DNA of 64,000 nucleotides from Candidatus Eiseniibacteriota bacterium (GTDB lineage Bacteria; Eisenbacteria; RBG-16-71-46): NCBI GenBank assembly GCA_963744995.1, contig CAVUWA010000011.1, positions 288,001 to 352,000 of the forward strand, read 5' to 3'. Shown piece by piece: positions 58,035 to 64,000 of this stretch (position 1 is its first letter; each line of letters starts with the position of its first letter). The notes under the pieces were generated by a model. It saw only the letters and a program-made list of their open reading frames with translations, ran no database searches and was not told where the DNA came from. The position numbers and the translations under genes were made by a program.

Positions 58035-58511
58035 TCAGTACGGCTTGTTGACCGCCAGGTCCCACTTCTTGGGCGTGCCGGTCACGACCTTCTTGCCGTC
58101 GAACGTGTCGTACTGCACCGAGACCTTGGTGAAGTTGATCGACACCGATTCGCTCGGATTGTCGCCGCCCGAGCTGGCCGAATAGCTCGAGACCATCGCC
58201 TCTTCGAGCAGGATCGTCAGGAACACACGCGTGTCCTGGCCGGAGACCTGCAGCAGGTGGATCGTGCAGGTGCCGAGGCTCTCGCCGCCGCAGGCCTGCG
58301 CGAACAGCTCGGGCGACGCCTGGTCGGCGGCGCGTGCGAACGTGACCTCGCTCACCGACGGCGGGCTGGGCTCGCGCTTGGCGCTGCCGCCGGTCGGCTG
58401 CGGGATCGAGCGGCCGACGCCGAACGACATCGAATCCGCGTTCAGCCAGCCCTCGTGCCCGGACACCTTCGCAAGGCCTTTGATCTCGGTGGCGAATTTG
58501 AAAAGGATCAC
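58035..58511 (-). CDS. hcp: T6SS tube protein Hcp
   Basis: IKG...GHEGW, SESVSINFTKV, WDL; lies between tssC and tagJ. Confidence 0.93.
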   Translation of the reverse strand: MILFKFATEIKGLAKVSGHEGWLNADSMSFGVGRSIPQPTGGSAKREPSPPSVSEVTFARAADQASPELFAQACGGESLGTCTIHLLQVSGQDTRVFLTILLEEAMVSSYSASSGGDNPSESVSINFTKVSVQYDTFDGKKVVTGTPKKWDLAVNKPY

Positions 58512-58630
58512 CGCTGCCTCCTGGTTCGGCCGCCGTCAGGCAGCCCGGTGGATTGCATGTCGTTCCGCGTCGCTCGCGGCCGGCGCTCGAGACGCCGTGC
58601 AGGGTGAACCGGCCGCGCGCGGACGGAGAA

Positions 58631-60121
58631 CTATTTCTTCCCGGACGGAAGCTTCGACACCAGCCGCAGGGACACCGTGAGCCCCTCGAGCTGGTAGTGC
58701 GGGCGCAGGAAGAACTTGGACGAGTAATACCCGGGGTTGCCTTCGATCTCCTCGACAACCACCTCGGCGCCGGCGAGCGGCTTCCTCGCCTTGTCCGCGT
58801 CGGTCGCCGTGGCCGGATTGGTGAGCACGTACTGGCCGATCCAGTTGTTGAGCCAGGTTTCCATGTCGCCGCGTTCCTTGAACGAGCCGATTTTGTCGCG
58901 AACGATGCACTTGAGGTAGTGCGCGAAGCGGCAGCTCGCGAAGAGGTACGGCAGCCGCGCCGCCAGGTTTGCGTTCGCGGTCGCGTCGGGATCGTCGTAC
59001 TCGGCCGGCTTCTGCAGCGACTGCGCGCCGATGAAGGCCGCGAAGTCGGAGTTCTTGCGGTGCACGAGCGGCATGAAGCCGTTCTTCGCCAGCTCGGCCT
59101 CGCGGCGGTCGCTGATCGCGATCTCGGTCGGGCACTTCATGTCCACGCCGCCGTCGTCGGTCGGGAACGTGTGGGTCGGCAGCCCCATCACCGCACCGCC
59201 GGACTCGACGCCGCGAATCTGCGAGCACCAGCCGTATTCCTTGAAGGAGCGGTTGATGTTCACGGCCATCGCGTACGCCGAATTGGCCCATGCGTACTTG
59301 TCGTGCTTCGCGCCCTCGGTGTCCTCTTCGAACGCGAATTCCTCGACCGGATTGGTCTTCTCGCCGTACGGCAGGCGGGCGAGGAAGCGCGGCATCGCGA
59401 GACCCAGGTAGCGCGCGTCGTCCGACTCGCGCAACGAGCGCCAGGCCGCGTACTCGGGAGTGCTGAAGATCTTGGTGAGATCGCGCGGGTTGGCCAGCTC
59501 CTGCCACGAGTCCATCTGCATGAGCGTGGGCGACGCCCCGGTGATGAACGGCGCGTGGGCCGCCGCGGCGACCTGCGCCATTTCGCCGAGCAGCTCGACG
59601 TCGGGCGGGCTGTGGTCGAAGTGGTAGTCGCCGACGATGCAGCCGTAGGGTTCGCCGCCGAACTGACCGTATTCCTCTTCGTAGAACTTCTTGAACAGCG
59701 GGCTCTGGTCCCACGCGGTGCCCTTGAACTTCTTGAGCGTCTTGCCCACGTCCTTCTTGCTGATGTTCAGGACGCGGATCTTCAGCTGCTCGTCGGTCTC
59801 GGTGTTGTTGACCAGATGGTGCAGGCCGCGCCAGGCGCCCTCGAGCTGCTGGAACTCGTCGTTGTGCAGGATGAGGTTGATCTGCTCGGTGAGCTTGCGG
59901 TCGATCGCCGCGATCATCGAGTCGATGGAGTTGAGCGCGTCGTCGGAGATCAGCGCCGAATCGGCGAGCGCCTGCTCCGCCAGCGTCTTCACCGCGGTCT
60001 CGACGGCCTCCCTGGCGCGATCGGACTTCGGCTTGAACTGCTTCTTGAGCAACGACGAGAACTCGGAAGCCTCGATCGTTTCGCCCTGTGCCTGGCTTTC
60101 CTGAGCCTTTTCTTCCGCCAT
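58631..60121 (-). CDS. tssC: T6SS sheath large subunit
   Basis: FQQLEGAWRGL, CPTEIAISDRREAEL, LRPHYQLEGL. Confidence 0.98.
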   Translation of the reverse strand: MAEEKAQESQAQGETIEASEFSSLLKKQFKPKSDRAREAVETAVKTLAEQALADSALISDDALNSIDSMIAAIDRKLTEQINLILHNDEFQQLEGAWRGLHHLVNNTETDEQLKIRVLNISKKDVGKTLKKFKGTAWDQSPLFKKFYEEEYGQFGGEPYGCIVGDYHFDHSPPDVELLGEMAQVAAAAHAPFITGASPTLMQMDSWQELANPRDLTKIFSTPEYAAWRSLRESDDARYLGLAMPRFLARLPYGEKTNPVEEFAFEEDTEGAKHDKYAWANSAYAMAVNINRSFKEYGWCSQIRGVESGGAVMGLPTHTFPTDDGGVDMKCPTEIAISDRREAELAKNGFMPLVHRKNSDFAAFIGAQSLQKPAEYDDPDATANANLAARLPYLFASCRFAHYLKCIVRDKIGSFKERGDMETWLNNWIGQYVLTNPATATDADKARKPLAGAEVVVEEIEGNPGYYSSKFFLRPHYQLEGLTVSLRLVSKLPSGKK

Positions 60122-60125
60122 GTTC

Positions 60126-60635
60126 TCAGCCCTCCGCTTCTTCGGTCTTCGGGCTCGACGCCAGAGCCTGGAGCAGCGCCGGATCGCTGAGCGCCTGGGC
60201 GATCAGCTTCTCGGCGCCGGTCTTGCCGTCCATGTACGTCTTGAGGTTCGCCAGCTGCGTGCGGGCTTCCAGCAGCTTGTTGAGCGCTTCGACCTTGCGC
60301 GCGACCGCGGCAGGGGAGAAGTCGTCCATGCTTTCGAACGTGATGTCCACCGCGAGATTGCCCTCGCCGGTGAGCGTGTTCGGCACCGTGAACTGCACTT
60401 TCGGCTTCATGGACTTCAGACGTTCGTCGAAGTTGTCCACGTCGATTTCGAGCGCCTTGCGATCGGCGACCGCCGGCAGCTCGTCCCCGGACTTCCCGGA
60501 GAGGTCGGCCATGACGCCCATCACGAACGGCAGCTGGATCTTCTTCTCAGCCCCGTAGAGTTCGACGTCGTACTCGATCTGCACCCGCGGCGCACGATTG
60601 CGGGCGATGAACTTCTGGCTGCTCTTCTTGGCCAT
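60126..60635 (-). CDS. tssB: T6SS sheath small subunit
   Basis: SSQKFIARNRAPRVQIEYDVE, LPFVMGVMADLSG. Confidence 0.98.
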   Translation of the reverse strand: MAKKSSQKFIARNRAPRVQIEYDVELYGAEKKIQLPFVMGVMADLSGKSGDELPAVADRKALEIDVDNFDERLKSMKPKVQFTVPNTLTGEGNLAVDITFESMDDFSPAAVARKVEALNKLLEARTQLANLKTYMDGKTGAEKLIAQALSDPALLQALASSPKTEEAEG

Positions 60636-60720
60636 GAAACACCTCCTCCCGGGTGGCAACAGACGGCCCCCCGGGAACGGGAAGCCGGGCGGCTAAGCAC
60701 TTCTGAAACGGAAGGTTGTT

Positions 60721-60748
60721 ACTCTAGGCGCTGCACTCGAAGTGTCAA
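60721..60748 (-). promoter_or_regulatory. Internal sigma70-type promoter upstream of tssB
   Basis: TTGACA-N16-TAGAGT on minus strand. Confidence 0.65.
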
Positions 60749-60779
60749 GAACCGAGGGCGTCGAAGGGTCAAGCGACGG

Positions 60780-61823
60780 TCAGCCGCCTTCGACCCCGGC
60801 GATGTTCTGGATCTCGGTCACCCCGCTCGGGGTCAGGTCCTGGACCGCTTCGAGGAAGTTCTTGTTCACCAGCCGTTTGGCCCGCTGGAGCAGGAGCGGC
60901 ACCGGACTCGCCGGCTCGTATTTCGAATACCAGTCACAGACCTGGTCGAGCGTCCGGATCACGTCCTCGCGACTCTGGATCGGTCCGCTCATCGCCGGCA
61001 TCACCCCCGTCACGGCGGCCGCGCCGCCTTCGCTGGCACCGCCCTCAACGGCCGCCGCCTCGCCGGAGCCGAGGCCCCGGCGGGACAGCTGCTGCTGGAG
61101 CAGCACGTGAATCGTCTTGAGCGTCGAGCGCAGCCCGGAGAGGTCCGCGCTCGAGGCCGCACCCACCGCCATGGACAGCGCCGTATCGAGCCCGTCCGTC
61201 GCCTCGAGCGCCGCCGCGGCGCCCGCGGCCGTCGCCTCCAGTTCCGTGCCGTCCATGTCGAGGAATGCGGCCTCGATCGTGGTCTGGTCCGGAACGCTGT
61301 CCACGCCTGCCGGCTTCGGCAGGACGCCGGTCGCGACTTCCCAGTCGCGCAGGCCGAAACTGCCCATGCGGCGCGAGTTGGCGAGCGGCAGCATGCGCAG
61401 CGTGCGCACCGTCGTATCGGGGTCGGAAAGCCCGGCGACCGTGTTCACGCGCAGGGTCGGGTCGTTGTCGTCGTCGGGATCGAGCTTCGGATGGACGTGG
61501 TCCCACAGCCGCTCGACCAGGCCGCGATTCATGACCAGCCCCTCGGCGAAGCCGCCGAGCCCGTCGGTGTGCGCCAGCGCGCGCGTCAGGTAGACGCCGA
61601 CCCTGAGGTCGCGGGTGCGGGCGCAGAGATCCAGGCAACGCTTCTTCACGTCGCGCCAGTCGGGGGGCTCGCCGGGGATCACCTCGCCACCCATTTCCTG
61701 CTCCGGCTTGCCGGCCGCCGCGCGGGTCATCTCCATGAAGGCGGCGTCGTATTCCAGGTCTTCGCCCGAAGGATTGTCGGGCGAGATTTCGCTGAGGAGC
61801 TTCTCGACGTCGATCGCGCTCAT
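60780..61823 (-). CDS. tssA: T6SS TssA (ImpA_N domain)
   Basis: PSGEDLEYD, TRDLRV, WDHVHP, EPASPVPLLLQRA. Confidence 0.94.
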   Translation of the reverse strand: MSAIDVEKLLSEISPDNPSGEDLEYDAAFMEMTRAAAGKPEQEMGGEVIPGEPPDWRDVKKRCLDLCARTRDLRVGVYLTRALAHTDGLGGFAEGLVMNRGLVERLWDHVHPKLDPDDDNDPTLRVNTVAGLSDPDTTVRTLRMLPLANSRRMGSFGLRDWEVATGVLPKPAGVDSVPDQTTIEAAFLDMDGTELEATAAGAAAALEATDGLDTALSMAVGAASSADLSGLRSTLKTIHVLLQQQLSRRGLGSGEAAAVEGGASEGGAAAVTGVMPAMSGPIQSREDVIRTLDQVCDWYSKYEPASPVPLLLQRAKRLVNKNFLEAVQDLTPSGVTEIQNIAGVEGG

Positions 61824-61906
61824 GGGCCCGTCCAGAAAGGAGGGTGTGGCGCCGATCCGGCGGCCGCTCGGATCGCGGGCGCGCCATCCTGGCGCGCTGA
61901 CGGAGC

Positions 61907-61936
61907 AGATTAGTGCAGCGGGGCTTAGGGGTTCAA
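61907..61936 (-). promoter_or_regulatory. Possible sigma70-type promoter for tssA
   Basis: TTGAAC-N18-TAATCT on minus strand. Confidence 0.4.
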
Positions 61937-62152
61937 GCGCGGGAGCGGGCCCCTGACCTTTTTCCCCGCGCGGGCCGGGCCGGCCGGGCGCCCGCGCCGG
62001 GGGTGGCCCCGGCGCCAGGCCCCGCGCGCGCCGTCCCGCCGGGTTTCCCAGAGGAATCCGTCACAGCTTCCGGTCTCCCGCCGTAGCCCCGAAAGCGCCT
62101 CGCGAGGCCCCGACAACTTCATGCTTCTCTCACCTTCACGGAGGCCCCACCG

Positions 62153-62545
62153 ATGAACCTGCGCAAGCTGTTGCTGCTCGCCGTCGTCGCTCTTGCCATT
62201 CCGGCCGTCCCTGCGATCGCGGACGGACTCGGCCCTCCCGGCGGCACGATCTACGCGCACGACGTCGCGTACCGCACCGTCGGGACGCCGAACGACCTGC
62301 CGGACCAGGGTCCGTTCAATCCGATCTGGGTGCTCGGCAACGGGCTCGGCTCGGTCACCGACGCCGCACCCGGCGACGCGAACTACCACGGCGGTCGCTG
62401 GGAGGTGCGCATGGTCACCTTCAACGTGGCGCCGGTTCAGTACACCAACGCCGAAGACCTGCAGGCGGCCGCGAATCGTGGCGACATCACGATCGGACCG
62501 ATCGTGCGTCACTTCGAGTGCCCGCTGATCCGCAAGCGTAACTAG
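62153..62545 (+). CDS. Small secreted hypothetical protein
   Basis: GGAGG RBS, signal peptide, APGDANYHGGRW, FECPLI. Confidence 0.75.
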   Translation: MNLRKLLLLAVVALAIPAVPAIADGLGPPGGTIYAHDVAYRTVGTPNDLPDQGPFNPIWVLGNGLGSVTDAAPGDANYHGGRWEVRMVTFNVAPVQYTNAEDLQAAANRGDITIGPIVRHFECPLIRKRN

Positions 62546-62592
62546 CCGGCATCGCGCCCGGCCGTCCCATGCGCGGCCGGAACGAGGGAAAG

Positions 62593-62618
62593 CCCCCGCG
62601 GAAGCGATTCCGCGGGGG
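62593..62618. terminator. Hairpin between convergent genes
   Basis: CCCCCGCGGAA-GCGA-TTCCGCGGGGG. Confidence 0.65.
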
Positions 62619-62660
62619 TCTCGTGCGTGCGGTGCGGGCATCCTGCAGCCCGTGCCGAGG

Positions 62661-63998
62661 TCAGTCCCCTTCGAGCGGCTGCTTCTGTTGTTCCGCGCCC
62701 CGCTCGGCGAGCACGAGAGTCGTCCCGATCTCCTGCACGCGATCAAACGCGGCCTTGAGCGGGGCATACCCTTCTGCCGGGACTTCGAGGCGCCCGCCCC
62801 GGCCGAGCTCGAACCGCCGGCACGAGTCCACCGTGCGGCCCGCCGCACGCCACTCCGCCGTGCAAGCCCCGATCCCGGCGATGTCGATCCGCCCGAGAGA
62901 GTCCCGCGCAGCAACCGTCAGACCTGGATCGAGCTCGACATGAACCGAGTCGATCTCAAGAACGGGTGCCGCAAACCGCACCGGCGACCATCGCCCCGAT
63001 TGCACGAAAGGGCTCCGGCTCCCCACCTCGAAAAAGAACGGAGAGAACAGCAGATCTCTCCCCGCCACGCGAGCGTAGTCCGGAACGTGGATCCAGTATT
63101 GCCACCCGTATCGGCCCACGGAGTCGTCGTATGCCGCGACCGAAAGGCTGTCGAGCTCGGCGCCGGGGAAGGTGTCGAGCACGCGTTTGCGGATCAAGTC
63201 GATTTGCTGATCCAGGCGTCCCTGACCGTCCCTGCTCCATTGTCGCATTGCGGCCTCGCCGTGGAACTCGACGCGGATGTCCCCGCGAAGGCTCCCGTCT
63301 CCGGACATCCTCAGCCGGGCCCGGCGCAGCGTGCGCGAGTTCTCAAGAGGGGGCATCGGCAGCCGGGCCACCCTCGGAGACATGGGGAATGCCAGGAGTG
63401 CGGGCTGGCCCTGATCCTCCCACCAGGGCCACCCGGGAAGCGAGCCCGGCGTGCCCGGATCGTAATAGCGCCATCCGCCCCGTCCGGAGACGGCCACGAG
63501 CAACTTCGTGAATCGGTTGGCCGTCACCATTTCACTGTCGAAGGCGGCGTGGCCGGCCGGGAGCCGCAACACGGGAACGACCGTGAGGCCGGCCGCTCTT
63601 GCCAGCGCTGCGAAGAGCCTCGTGATCGAGAGAGCACTTGCGCTGTCCGAGTCCAGCAGCTGGGGCGCGAGATTTCCCCAGTCGCCCTGGTCGAGGACGG
63701 GAGGAGTTCCAGAGCGCTTCGTTGCGGTCGTCGTGTCGGCGGAACTCCTGCGACAGAACCTGAAGATTCGGTTGGCAATCTCTTCCGGGTCCTGCGAGTC
63801 ACCGGCCAGACGGCCAGCCAGCTCGGTCAATTTCGAGGTCGGCTTCGTCGCACGGTCGAACTCGGGAACGAAAGTTGCGGTGACACGGCTCCATGCGGAA
63901 GCGGCATCGGACACGGTCCGGTCCCGATAGTGGCCCACCAGCGTGAGGCGGGACTCTTCCGGGCCCGGCATCAGAGGCTCGACTCGAAATGCGGGCAG
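62661..63998 (-). CDS. DUF3857/transglutaminase-like protein, 5' part outside window
   Basis: LPAFRVEPLMP, LFAALARAAG, YYDPG, DGSLRGDIRVEFHG; frame open to window edge. Confidence 0.65.
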   Translation of the reverse strand: MPAFRVEPLMPGPEESRLTLVGHYRDRTVSDAASAWSRVTATFVPEFDRATKPTSKLTELAGRLAGDSQDPEEIANRIFRFCRRSSADTTTATKRSGTPPVLDQGDWGNLAPQLLDSDSASALSITRLFAALARAAGLTVVPVLRLPAGHAAFDSEMVTANRFTKLLVAVSGRGGWRYYDPGTPGSLPGWPWWEDQGQPALLAFPMSPRVARLPMPPLENSRTLRRARLRMSGDGSLRGDIRVEFHGEAAMRQWSRDGQGRLDQQIDLIRKRVLDTFPGAELDSLSVAAYDDSVGRYGWQYWIHVPDYARVAGRDLLFSPFFFEVGSRSPFVQSGRWSPVRFAAPVLEIDSVHVELDPGLTVAARDSLGRIDIAGIGACTAEWRAAGRTVDSCRRFELGRGGRLEVPAEGYAPLKAAFDRVQEIGTTLVLAERGAEQQKQPLEGD

Positions 63999-64000
63999 GT

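Noticed and set aside
1..64000. tRNA, rRNA, riboswitch, integrase or transposase
   Set aside because: None recognised by eye; an Rfam/tRNAscan search would be needed to exclude them

Overview
High-GC bacterial window with outer-membrane genes (porin, TamAB, OmpA). Host is inferred, not shown: the C-terminal tails on its secreted proteins suggest a Ca. Eisenbacteria/Krumholzibacteria-like lineage. Contents in order: (1) Pho module: partial phoR, kup, a small unknown gene behind Pho-box-like repeats, phosphate porin, pstSCAB-phoU, coupled to tamAB. (2) Minus-strand envelope cluster: SigX-like ECF sigma, CrfX-like, CmpX-like channel and a very long OmpA/OprF-like protein, followed by three DUF948-like/YtxH-like pairs and two small barrel paralogues. 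(3) Two cupredoxin paralogues with different C-terminal tails around arfB, an M16 peptidase pair, MFS, thiL, DUF169, ogt, an HNH nuclease containing two perfect 20-bp palindromes, and cydAB. (4) A ~24-kb T6SS locus: tssA-B-C-hcp-tagJ-tssE-F-G-clpV and vgrG, with no tssJKLM in the window, plus a vgrG1b-type accessory operon (DUF6484, HEAT, DUF2169, thiolase-like, DUF4150-PAAR toxin, candidate immunity). Best candidate for novelty: the PAAR toxin domain carries anthrax EF/CyaA/ExoY-like motifs with an altered nucleotide-binding loop and is followed by a candidate immunity gene. All family calls come from motif recognition by eye and remembered reference sequences; no searches were run.
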